Notes under the pieces: model-generated
The model's input: the letters and a program-made list of their open reading frames with translations, nothing else
The model's database searches: none
What the model was told of the DNA's origin: nothing
Shown here: one piece after another, positions 46,198-54,178 of the stretch
Layout: the number at the start of each line of letters is the position of its first letter
Numbering within the stretch: position 1 is the first letter of the stretch
Source: an uncultured Acidobacteriota bacterium
Lineage (GTDB): Bacteria > Acidobacteriota > Vicinamibacteria > Vicinamibacterales > UBA2999
Assembly: GCA_963709325.1 (NCBI GenBank)
Contig: CAVPVV010000003.1
Location: forward strand, 192,329 to 256,328
Length of the DNA: 64,000 nucleotides
Reading direction: 5' to 3'
Position numbers and translations under genes: made by a program

Positions 46198-48669
46198 TCA
46201 GCGCGTAACGCGACGAGCGGGTCCACCAGCGTCGCGCGCCGCGCCGGCAGCGTACGCGGCCACCGCGGCCACAAGCAGCATCAGGACGACCACGCCGCCG
46301 AAGCTGACTGGGTCGGTTGGCGTCACGTTGTAGAGCAGGCTACCGATCACCCTAGTAATCCCGAAGGCGCCGGCGATCCCGAGGAGGATGCCCCAGACCG
46401 CCAGCATCACGCCCTGGCGCATCATCATGCCCCGTACGTCGCGCGGCTCGGCGCCGAGCGCCATCCGGACGCCGAATTCCTGCGTCCGCTGCGACACGCT
46501 ATAGGACAGCACACCGTAGACGCCGACAATGGCGAGGATGATCGCCAGACCACCAAAGACGGCGAACATCTGGCCGAACAACTGAAACTGCCAGAATCCG
46601 CGGCGGCGGATTTCGTCCATCGAGCTGGCAGCAAACATCGGAATCGATGAATCGGATGCGCGGACGGCGGCCCGTATTGCCGGGCTCAGCTCGGAAGCGT
46701 CACTAACGGAGGTCCTGACGATCAGTCCCGTGTTTGGCGTTTGCTGATACGCATACGCGACGAACGCGGCTGGTGTCACCTCGTTTTCCGCAATCTCCTC
46801 GATCATCAGGTCAGCCACGACGCCGATGACAGTGAACGTCTCCGCGTCCGGGTCCTGCAGCATGGTGAACTGGCGACCGATCGGATCGAGCCGATCGAGT
46901 TCACGGGCGCCGGCGAGCCGGTTGGGGCTGAGTCGCGGCAGCGCCGCGTTCTCCTCCGCGGTCGCCAGGAGCGTCCGCGCCATGCTCACGTTCACCACTG
47001 CCAGTCGTGAGCGGGTTGCTGACTCCTGTTCGGTGAGGCCGCGCCCGCGCAGCAGGGTCGCGCCGAGCGCGTCGAGGTAGTGAGCAGTGACCCCGGCGTA
47101 GAACAGTCTCGGCTCCCGGCCGGCGTCAAAGTTCTTGCCCGGAACGCGAATGCGCGTCATCGTGCCGCCGCCGTCGAGCGGAATCAGGTTCGACGCACCC
47201 GCCGCGAGGATTCCGGGCGTTCCCTCGAGGCGATGCAGGATGTCGTCGACCCGACGCAGCCGCGCGTCGGGCTCCGTGTGTGTCTCGGCCGGCATGTAGA
47301 TCCGGGCAGTCGTGATCGGGCGCGTATCGAATCCCGCGTCGGCACGCTGCAGCTGCAGAAAGCTCCGGACGAACAGGGCCGCGCCAACCAGCAGGACGAT
47401 CGACACCGCGACCTCGGCAATCACCAGCGCGTACCGCGCCCGGTTTCGGGCGCTGCCTTCGCCGGTTCGCCCGCCTTCGCGCAGTGCGGAGACCAGATCG
47501 CCGCGCGCCGCGTGCAGGGCCGGCGCGAGGCCGAACACGATTCCGGTCGCGATGCTGATGAGCAGGGTGTAGAGCAGCGTCCGGGCGTCGACCTCGAAAT
47601 GAATCAAGTACGGAATGTCATCGGCTTGGACGCCGGCCCGGACGCCGCCGACGCCCGCGTAGGCGAGCGCGATGCCGATTGGGCCGCTGACCAGACCGAG
47701 GACCATGCTCTCGGTAATCAACTGCCGCACGATGCGGCCGCGGCCCGCACCGACAGCGGCCCGCACCGACATCTCGCGAGCCCGGGCCGTGGCCCGGGCC
47801 AGCAGCAGGTTGGCGACGTTCGCGCAGGCGATGAGCAGCACGAGCGTCACCGCTCCCATCGCGGTGAGCACGAAGAGCCGCGCGTCACCCGGCATGTAAT
47901 ATTCGGTCAGCGGATTGACGAGCACGCTCCATCCAGCGTTCTCGGGATACTGGCCGGCCAGGCGCGCCGCGACCCCCACCAGCGATTCCCGCGCCTGCTG
48001 GAGCGTCCGGTCCGGTGCGATCCGCGCAAAGACCTGGAGGTCTCGGGCCTGCCGCGGCTGCTCTCCCGCAAGCGGCACCAGCGGCACCCAGGCCACCTCC
48101 TGGAACGGGAACTTGACGCGGGGCGGAAGCACGCCGATCACGGTGTGAGGACGCGCGTTGACCGCGAGGGCGCGGCCGATGATTCGTGAATCGGCGTTGT
48201 AGCGCCGCCGCCAGAGTTCGTCGCTCAGGATGACGACCGGGGCCGCGCCGGGCCTGTCGTCCGATTCGGTGAAATCGCGCCCGAGGGCCGGGACGACGCC
48301 AAGCATCGAGAAGAGCCGCCAGCTCACGGCCGCGCCCTGGACGCGCTCGGGTTCGTCGGTATCCGAGAAGGTGAGGCTGCGGCTCTGCAGCCCGGACAGC
48401 GTCTCGAACGCCGTCGCCTGCTCCTGGTAGTCCCGCAGGTCCTGGAAGGAGACGTTGCCTCGTCGCACGCCGCCTTCCGGCTGGGTGGACCTGACGGTGA
48501 CCAGGCGACTGCTGTCACGGAACGGCAGCGAATCGATCAGCGTCGTGCTGACCACGCTGAACATCGTGGCATTCGTGCCCATGCCCAGGGCCAGGCACGT
48601 AATGGCGAGGATTGAGGCGAGCGGCGCGCGAACCAGTCCGCGCAGGGCGAGGCGCAGGTCGTGCAGCAT
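46198..48669 (-). CDS. ADOP-family duplicated FtsX/MacB-type permease (no adjacent PadR)
   Basis: MLHDLRLALRGLVRAPLASILAITCLALGMGTNATMFSVV, with two MacB_PCD/FtsX halves. The C-terminal FtsX motif is FGVRMALGAEPRDV. Confidence 0.85.
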   Translation of the reverse strand: MLHDLRLALRGLVRAPLASILAITCLALGMGTNATMFSVVSTTLIDSLPFRDSSRLVTVRSTQPEGGVRRGNVSFQDLRDYQEQATAFETLSGLQSRSLTFSDTDEPERVQGAAVSWRLFSMLGVVPALGRDFTESDDRPGAAPVVILSDELWRRRYNADSRIIGRALAVNARPHTVIGVLPPRVKFPFQEVAWVPLVPLAGEQPRQARDLQVFARIAPDRTLQQARESLVGVAARLAGQYPENAGWSVLVNPLTEYYMPGDARLFVLTAMGAVTLVLLIACANVANLLLARATARAREMSVRAAVGAGRGRIVRQLITESMVLGLVSGPIGIALAYAGVGGVRAGVQADDIPYLIHFEVDARTLLYTLLISIATGIVFGLAPALHAARGDLVSALREGGRTGEGSARNRARYALVIAEVAVSIVLLVGAALFVRSFLQLQRADAGFDTRPITTARIYMPAETHTEPDARLRRVDDILHRLEGTPGILAAGASNLIPLDGGGTMTRIRVPGKNFDAGREPRLFYAGVTAHYLDALGATLLRGRGLTEQESATRSRLAVVNVSMARTLLATAEENAALPRLSPNRLAGARELDRLDPIGRQFTMLQDPDAETFTVIGVVADLMIEEIAENEVTPAAFVAYAYQQTPNTGLIVRTSVSDASELSPAIRAAVRASDSSIPMFAASSMDEIRRRGFWQFQLFGQMFAVFGGLAIILAIVGVYGVLSYSVSQRTQEFGVRMALGAEPRDVRGMMMRQGVMLAVWGILLGIAGAFGITRVIGSLLYNVTPTDPVSFGGVVVLMLLVAAVAAYAAGAARDAGGPARRVTR

Positions 48670-48766
48670 CGGGGAATTCGACGATTGTCGACGGCCGGCG
48701 GTTCCCGAGTATCCGCCGAACGGCGCTGAGAGTACACTAGCGCCCGCCCCTCACGAAGGAGGCCGG

Positions 48767-50269
48767 ATGCGGGTATTGCTGTTGTCGATGCCGGACTCGT
48801 TCGAGCACATGGCGCCGATCGCGATTCGGATGCCGAACGGGGCGCTCGCCTCGCTCGCGGGCAATCTTGATTCGCACCACGAAGTCGCGATCGCCGACCT
48901 GGTGCTCGTGCAGGGACGCGTCGGCGCGACCGTCACGCGCCTGATCGGCGAGTTCGAGCCCGACGTGGTCGGGCTCTCGGTGATGACGTTCCAGCGCGCG
49001 ACGGCCTTCGCCGTGGCCGAGCTGGTACGGCGCCTCGCGCCGAACGCCCACATCGTGGCGGGTGGGTACGACCCCAGCCTCGCTCCCGACGTCTATTCCC
49101 CCGCGACCGCGATTGACATCCTCGTGCGCGGCGAAGGTGAGCACACGTTCCGCGAGCTGATCCGAGCCCTGGAGGGAGGGTGCCAGCTCTCGGCCATCGC
49201 CGGGCTCTCGTACCGCCCCACCGCCGGTGCAGCTCTGGTCCACAATCCCGAACGCCACGTGAGCCGGCTGGCGGCCGAACCGCTCGCGCTGCCCAAGCGC
49301 GCCGCCCGCGTCCTCGACGGCTACACGCTGCTCGGCCGGCGCGTCGACGTCGTCGAGACGTCGCGCGGCTGCACGTTCGACTGCAGCTTCTGCTCGATCA
49401 TCGAGATGCGCGGCCGGAACTTCCACCCGTATCCGCTCGATCGGGTGCTCGACGACATTGCTGACGCGCGCCGCCACGGCGCCGAGGCCATCTTCCTGGT
49501 CGATGACAACATCACGCTCGACGTCAAACGGTTCGAGCGGCTATGCGAAGCGATCGTCGAACGCGGGCTCGAGGGGATGGAGTACTTCGTGCAGGCGATG
49601 ACCGCTCCGCTCGCGGAGCACGGGGCGAGACTCGCCCCGCTTATGCGCCGAGCCGGATTCCGCTACGTGTTCCTCGGAATCGAGAACATCCTCGCCGACG
49701 ACCTCGCGTTCCTCAAGGCATCGGCGAAGAACGCGCAACGGGAGCACGGCCGGACGGTCGGCAACGCATCGATCTCCGCAATTCAGCACCTGCACGAGAA
49801 CGGCATGTACGTCGTCGGCGGCCTGATTGTCGGAAATCCTGACGACACACGCGAGTCGATCGAAGCCAACCTGGCGTTCGCGCGCGAGTACGTGGACTGG
49901 CCGTATATCCAGCATCCGACCCCCTATCCGCGCACCCCGATGACCGAAACCTTCCGTCAGCGCGGGCTGATCGTCGAAGAGGACGTGGCGCGATACGACG
50001 GGACGACCGCGGTCGTCCGCACGGAGCACGTGACCGCCGAAGAGGTGGAGTTCATGCGGTGGCGCGCGGAGCGCTGGATGAAGGTCCGCCACATGCCGGT
50101 GGCGGTGTTTCACAGCCCGGGATTCGTGCTGCGGCACGGCCTCTCGATGCTGCGGCATACGTTTGCCGGCACGTCGCTGCGATCGCTGCTTGGTCTCGAG
50201 GACGAACATGTGAGCTTCGAACGGTTCCGGGAAGTCCGACGCCGGGAACGCACCGCCGCGGTGAGCTGA
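48767..50269 (+). CDS. B12-binding-domain radical SAM protein
   Basis: ATG at 48767 follows a GAAGGAGG SD. The N-terminal cobalamin-binding-like domain is MRVLLLSMPDSFEH...VVGLSVMTF. The radical SAM cluster motif is SRGCTFDCSFCSI. The substrate is unknown. Confidence 0.75.
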   Translation: MRVLLLSMPDSFEHMAPIAIRMPNGALASLAGNLDSHHEVAIADLVLVQGRVGATVTRLIGEFEPDVVGLSVMTFQRATAFAVAELVRRLAPNAHIVAGGYDPSLAPDVYSPATAIDILVRGEGEHTFRELIRALEGGCQLSAIAGLSYRPTAGAALVHNPERHVSRLAAEPLALPKRAARVLDGYTLLGRRVDVVETSRGCTFDCSFCSIIEMRGRNFHPYPLDRVLDDIADARRHGAEAIFLVDDNITLDVKRFERLCEAIVERGLEGMEYFVQAMTAPLAEHGARLAPLMRRAGFRYVFLGIENILADDLAFLKASAKNAQREHGRTVGNASISAIQHLHENGMYVVGGLIVGNPDDTRESIEANLAFAREYVDWPYIQHPTPYPRTPMTETFRQRGLIVEEDVARYDGTTAVVRTEHVTAEEVEFMRWRAERWMKVRHMPVAVFHSPGFVLRHGLSMLRHTFAGTSLRSLLGLEDEHVSFERFREVRRRERTAAVS

Positions 50270-50274
50270 AGGGG

Positions 50275-51543
50275 TCAGAAGATCTCGCCAAAGAGCGCCC
50301 AGAACTGCTCAAGCAGGCGCGACCAGAGGGAGCGCCGCCGCCACTCCTCGAGCGTGATCCGGCGGGCGTGCTGGCGATCGCGATCGAAGTCCTCGAGGAG
50401 CCGCGCCGCCAGCTCGGGACTCGACACCGCGACGTTCAGCTCGTCGTTCAGCTCCAACGACCGGTTGTCGAAATTCGATGAGCCCACGATGTTCCACGTC
50501 CCGTCGACGACAAACGTCTTGGCGTGCATCATCGTCGGCTGGTACTCGTAGATCTCCACACCCAGCTTCAGCAACTCCTCGTAGTAGCGCCTGGAGGCGT
50601 ACTTCACCGGCTTGGCGTCGGTCTTGTCACCCTCGACGAGCAGTCGGATGTGCACACCACGGTTCGCTGCGTCCTGCAGCGACCAGCGGCTCGACTCGTC
50701 GGGCATGAAGTACGGCGTGGTGATGTCGACGCTCCGGCGGGCGGCAGCGAGACCGAGCAGGTAGAGCCGCTTCATGTCGTTCGCCCCGCCGCTTGGCGAG
50801 CTGCGAACCACGAACGCCGCTCCCTGATCTCCGCGGACCGGCCCCACGTCGTCGAGCTCGGGCATCGCTTCGGCGACGGCCTCGGTGAAGTTCTCGTAGA
50901 AGCCGCCTTCCAGCAGGCGCGCCGCCGGGCCGATCACCTGAACCATCGTGTCGCGCCAGTGATCTTCGTCCTGCGCGTTTCCGTTCCAGTGATCGGCGAT
51001 TCCGACCCCGCCGGTGAACGCCACTTCGCCGTCGATGATCAGGACCTTGCGGTGGGTGCGGTAGTTCACCTCCTCCAGCGAGTACCACCGGAGCGTGTTG
51101 AAGCGCACGACGCGGCAACCCGCATCCTCGAGCTGCTTCACATCGTCGCTGTCGATGCCGCTCCCTCCCACAGCGTCCACGACGAGATTGACGCGGACCC
51201 CGCGGCCGGCCGCCTCGGCGAGCGCCCGCGTGAACGCGCCGGCAACCTCGCCGGACTCGTAGATGTAGGTTTCGAAGCTGATCCGTCGCTTCGCCTGCTG
51301 AATGGCCTCGAGCATCGCCGGGAAGATCTGGTCGCCATTGGTCAGGACGGCGAAGCGGTTCCCGTGCGTCAATTGCGCACCGAGCAGGCCTGCGACGTAT
51401 TCTGCGTGGTGAGGATCCCCCGCGCCGCTCTCACTCCGAAGTCTCAGGGTGACCTGATCCTGGGCGAGCAGGAGCAGCGAGGCGACCACGGCGGCCGTGA
51501 TCACCACGCCGAGCGCGACCTTGCGAAGCCTTGGCAGCCGCAT
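50275..51543 (-). CDS. cls: cardiolipin synthase (PLD superfamily, two HKD motifs)
   Basis: N-terminal TM segment (VALGVVITAAVVASLLLL). The HKD motifs are HRKVLIIDGEVAFTGGVG and HAKTFVVDGTWNIVGSSNFDNRS. ATG 51543 is preferred over TTG 51561. Confidence 0.8.
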   Translation of the reverse strand: MRLPRLRKVALGVVITAAVVASLLLLAQDQVTLRLRSESGAGDPHHAEYVAGLLGAQLTHGNRFAVLTNGDQIFPAMLEAIQQAKRRISFETYIYESGEVAGAFTRALAEAAGRGVRVNLVVDAVGGSGIDSDDVKQLEDAGCRVVRFNTLRWYSLEEVNYRTHRKVLIIDGEVAFTGGVGIADHWNGNAQDEDHWRDTMVQVIGPAARLLEGGFYENFTEAVAEAMPELDDVGPVRGDQGAAFVVRSSPSGGANDMKRLYLLGLAAARRSVDITTPYFMPDESSRWSLQDAANRGVHIRLLVEGDKTDAKPVKYASRRYYEELLKLGVEIYEYQPTMMHAKTFVVDGTWNIVGSSNFDNRSLELNDELNVAVSSPELAARLLEDFDRDRQHARRITLEEWRRRSLWSRLLEQFWALFGEIF

Positions 51544-51602
51544 ACAGTCCGGGTTCAGCAATTTCCGGGCCGAACCGCACGCGTCGGGCCCTCAGCTGCG
51601 AG

Positions 51603-52559
51603 ATGATTGGCACGATGGCAACGTCGAGCGACGAGGAGCGCTGCGCGGAAGCGCGGCGGCTGCGGCGGATAGACGACGCGTTCGCGGCCGGCGCCCTCGA
51701 GGCACTGCGCGCCGCGGTCGAGGACCCGGCAGCAATCCCGAACGGCGTGATGCCCCTCACCATCGGGTCGTGCCTGGTGTACGCGGTCTATCACAGCCCG
51801 CTCGCGTTCATTCGAACCCTGCTCGACATCGGCGCCGATCCGAACGCGCCGGCCGACGACGGGTTCCCCCCGCTGATCGCGACGCTCAGCGCGATGCAGC
51901 CGACGCCCGGGGCGCGGCAGCGCGAGGACGGGCACGACGTCCTGCGGCTGCTGCTCTCATGCGGCGTCGACCCGAACCAGCGGGGCATCAACGACTACAC
52001 GCCGCTGCACATGGCGGTCGCGATCCGCGACGCCGCCGCCGTGCACATCCTTCTCGATGGCGGTGCCGATCCCGACCTTCGCACGCGAATCGATGATCAC
52101 GAGACGCCGCTGGAGATGGCCTGCGCCGCCGGCCTGAGCGAAATCGCGGCCCTGCTCGAGGGTCGCGGGGCGCCGCTGCGTCAGCGGCTGCGCTCGGGCC
52201 TGATCCTGTTGGCCGAGGTGACGGGCACGGGCGAGCCGGTTCACCGCCAACGAAACTATCGCGTCCGGCTTCGTACCTGGTTACCCGACGGCACGCCAGT
52301 CCGCTGGTCCACTGCCTGGGGACGCGTGGATGACGCACGTCTCGAAGACGACGGCGGGACACTCGTGACGACCATCTTCGTGAACCGCGGACAGTTGATG
52401 AATGGCCTCTTCTATGGCCTTGACAGCATGCGCGTCGGCGGCATGCGACGCCTCGAGATCGCACCGCATCTCGGATTCGGCGATCACGGCGTCCCTGATC
52501 TCATTCCGCCCAAGGCGACGTTGACCGTCGAAGTGACAGTGCTCGCGGCCGTTCCTTGA
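51603..52559 (+). CDS. ankyrin-repeat protein fused to FKBP-type peptidyl-prolyl isomerase-like domain
   Basis: ANK-like repeats are LLDIGADPNAPADDGFPPL, LLSCGVDPNQRGINDYTPLHMAV and LLDGGADPDLRTRIDDHETPLEMA. The C-terminus (YRVRLRTWLPDGT...GLDSMRVGGMRRLEIAPHLGFGDHGVPDLIPPKATLTVEVTVL) resembles FKBP_C. Confidence 0.6.
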   Translation: MIGTMATSSDEERCAEARRLRRIDDAFAAGALEALRAAVEDPAAIPNGVMPLTIGSCLVYAVYHSPLAFIRTLLDIGADPNAPADDGFPPLIATLSAMQPTPGARQREDGHDVLRLLLSCGVDPNQRGINDYTPLHMAVAIRDAAAVHILLDGGADPDLRTRIDDHETPLEMACAAGLSEIAALLEGRGAPLRQRLRSGLILLAEVTGTGEPVHRQRNYRVRLRTWLPDGTPVRWSTAWGRVDDARLEDDGGTLVTTIFVNRGQLMNGLFYGLDSMRVGGMRRLEIAPHLGFGDHGVPDLIPPKATLTVEVTVLAAVP

Positions 52560-52584
52560 TTCAGTTGCAGCCGGAGCGTAGCAT
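52556..52584 (+). promoter_or_regulatory. predicted promoter (TTGATT-17-TAGCAT)
   Basis: TTGATT at 52556-52561 overlaps the upstream stop codon. TAGCAT is at 52579-52584. The context GTTCCTTG...CGTAGCATCGAG is shared with 45034-45071. Confidence 0.4.
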
Positions 52585-52612
52585 CGAGGTGAGATCTCTT
52601 CGGGAATCACCT

Positions 52613-53377
52613 GTGCGTCATTGGTCAACCATCGCGTTGCTTCTGGTCCTCGCCCCGGCCATGGCCGGCGCCGATGACGTGATCCTCAAGGGTGGCGGCC
52701 GGGTGTCGGGACGGATCCTGTCCCGTACCGACCAGGCCATCGAAGTGGACGTCGGCGCAGGGACGATCACCGTGCCGATGACGAGCGTCGTCCGCATCGA
52801 TCAGAAGCGATCGCCGCTCGACGACTATTACGAGCGAGCGGGAGCGCTCCGCGCCGACGACGCCGCGAGTTGGCTGGCATTGGGCAAGTGGGCATCGAGC
52901 CAGGGGCTCGGCGCGCAGGCGCGCACCGCCTTCGAGAACGTCGTGGCCGCGGATCCCGCCAACGTCGAGGCGAACCAGGCGCTCGGCCGGGTATTCATGG
53001 ACGACCGATGGGTGACGCAGGAGGAGAGCTACCGCGCGCGCGGCTTCGTGCAGTTCGAAGGCGAGTGGATGGCGCCCGCCGAACGGGACGCGATCGTGAG
53101 GCAGCGCGACGCACAGCAGCAGGCGGAGATCGCGCAGCTCGAGGCCGAGCGGCGGACCCGGGAAGCCGAAGCCCGCGCCGCCGAGGCCGAGGCTCGCGCA
53201 CGCGAGGCAGAGGCTGCTGCGGCCCCTGGCAACGCCGGCTACCCGTTGTATTGGGACGGCTACTGGGGATACGGGCCGCCGGTCTGGCCGACGCGCCCGA
53301 TCGTGACCCCGCCGCGGCCGACCCCACCAATCGCGCGGCCGCCCGCACGGCCACGGCCGGACGAGGAGCGCCAGTGA
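52613..53377 (+). CDS. secreted hypothetical protein, paralog B
   Basis: GTG 52613 is proposed as the start (the ORF track opens at 52556, inside the predicted promoter). The signal is VRHWSTIALLLVLAPAMAGA. Then DDVILKGGGRVSGRILSRTDQAIEVDVGAGTITVPM, VEANQALGRV, VQFEGEWMAPAERDAIV, an EAEARAAEAEARAREAEA coiled-coil and a Pro/Tyr/Trp-rich tail. It is collinear with 45086-46106. Confidence 0.6.
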   Translation: MRHWSTIALLLVLAPAMAGADDVILKGGGRVSGRILSRTDQAIEVDVGAGTITVPMTSVVRIDQKRSPLDDYYERAGALRADDAASWLALGKWASSQGLGAQARTAFENVVAADPANVEANQALGRVFMDDRWVTQEESYRARGFVQFEGEWMAPAERDAIVRQRDAQQQAEIAQLEAERRTREAEARAAEAEARAREAEAAAAPGNAGYPLYWDGYWGYGPPVWPTRPIVTPPRPTPPIARPPARPRPDEERQ

Positions 53378-54114
53378 TGCGGCGGCTGATACTCGCCTGC
53401 CTTTTCGGCCTGGGGCCGATCGCCGGCGTCGCGCACGCGCAAACCGTTGATGAGATCGTCGCGCGGCACATCGAGGCGCGCGGCAGCGCCGCCCAATGGC
53501 AGGCGGTGCGGACCCTCCGCATGACCGGACGAGCCATGGCCGGACCCGGCCGCGAGGCGCTGATCACCAGGGAGATCAAGCAGCCAGGCCGGGTCCGAAC
53601 CGAGTTCACGTTCCAGGGCATCACAGGCGTGTTCGCCTTCGACGGCAAGCGCGGCTGGCAGATCTCGCCACTGACCGGGGTGATCCAACCGAGGCTGATG
53701 CCGGCCGACGAGGCGCTCCTCGCCGTCGAACAGGCCGACCTCGACGGGCCGCTCGTCGCCGCGCGGCGGCACGGCGCCGCACTGGTCCTCGTCGGACGGG
53801 AGACGATCGCCGGTCGTGAGACGTTCCGGATACGCGTGACGCCGAAGAACAGTCCGGCCCAGGAGCACTATGTGGATGGGGAAACGTTCCTCATGCTCCG
53901 CTCGGACACGAACCGAACGGTGGGCGGACGCAACCTCGCCGTTGAGACGACTTTCAGCGATTACCGCAGTGTCGGCGGCCTGGTGTTCCCGCACACCATC
54001 GAGATGGGCGCCGCGAATCGCCCGGATCGCCTGCGAATAGTCGTGGAGACGATCGAGTTGAACCCGACGATCGATGACTCGCGATTCAAGGCGCCGTCAG
54101 GAACCCGAAAGTGA
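53377..54114 (+). CDS. LolA-like outer-membrane lipoprotein-sorting family protein
   Basis: TGATG overlap with paralog B. The signal is MRRLILACLFGLGPIAGVAHAQ. TVDEIVARHIEARGSAAQWQAVRTLRMTGRA...VFAFDGKRGWQISP...EQADLDGPL is typical of this acidobacterial family (from memory). Confidence 0.6.
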   Translation: MRRLILACLFGLGPIAGVAHAQTVDEIVARHIEARGSAAQWQAVRTLRMTGRAMAGPGREALITREIKQPGRVRTEFTFQGITGVFAFDGKRGWQISPLTGVIQPRLMPADEALLAVEQADLDGPLVAARRHGAALVLVGRETIAGRETFRIRVTPKNSPAQEHYVDGETFLMLRSDTNRTVGGRNLAVETTFSDYRSVGGLVFPHTIEMGAANRPDRLRIVVETIELNPTIDDSRFKAPSGTRK

Positions 54115-54178
54115 GAAGTGAGAACCAAAGCTTCACAACTTGCTTCTCACTTCTCACCTCTCACTTCTAACCTCTCAC
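54111..54178. terminator. perfect 14-bp-stem hairpin built from heptamers (GTGAGAA x2 / TTCTCAC-like x5), between convergent genes
   Basis: gtgagaagtgagaa (54111-54124) is the exact reverse complement of ttctcacttctcac (54144-54157), with a 19-nt loop. Three further heptamers (ctctcac ttctaac ctctcac) extend to 54178. Both flanking stop codons (54112-54114 and 54175-54177) lie inside repeat units. Confidence 0.65.

Noticed and set aside
50275-51543. The PLD-superfamily protein, considered as a nuclease-type defence effector.
   Set aside because: An N-terminal membrane anchor plus two full HKD motifs with the spacing typical of cardiolipin synthase make the housekeeping assignment much more likely.
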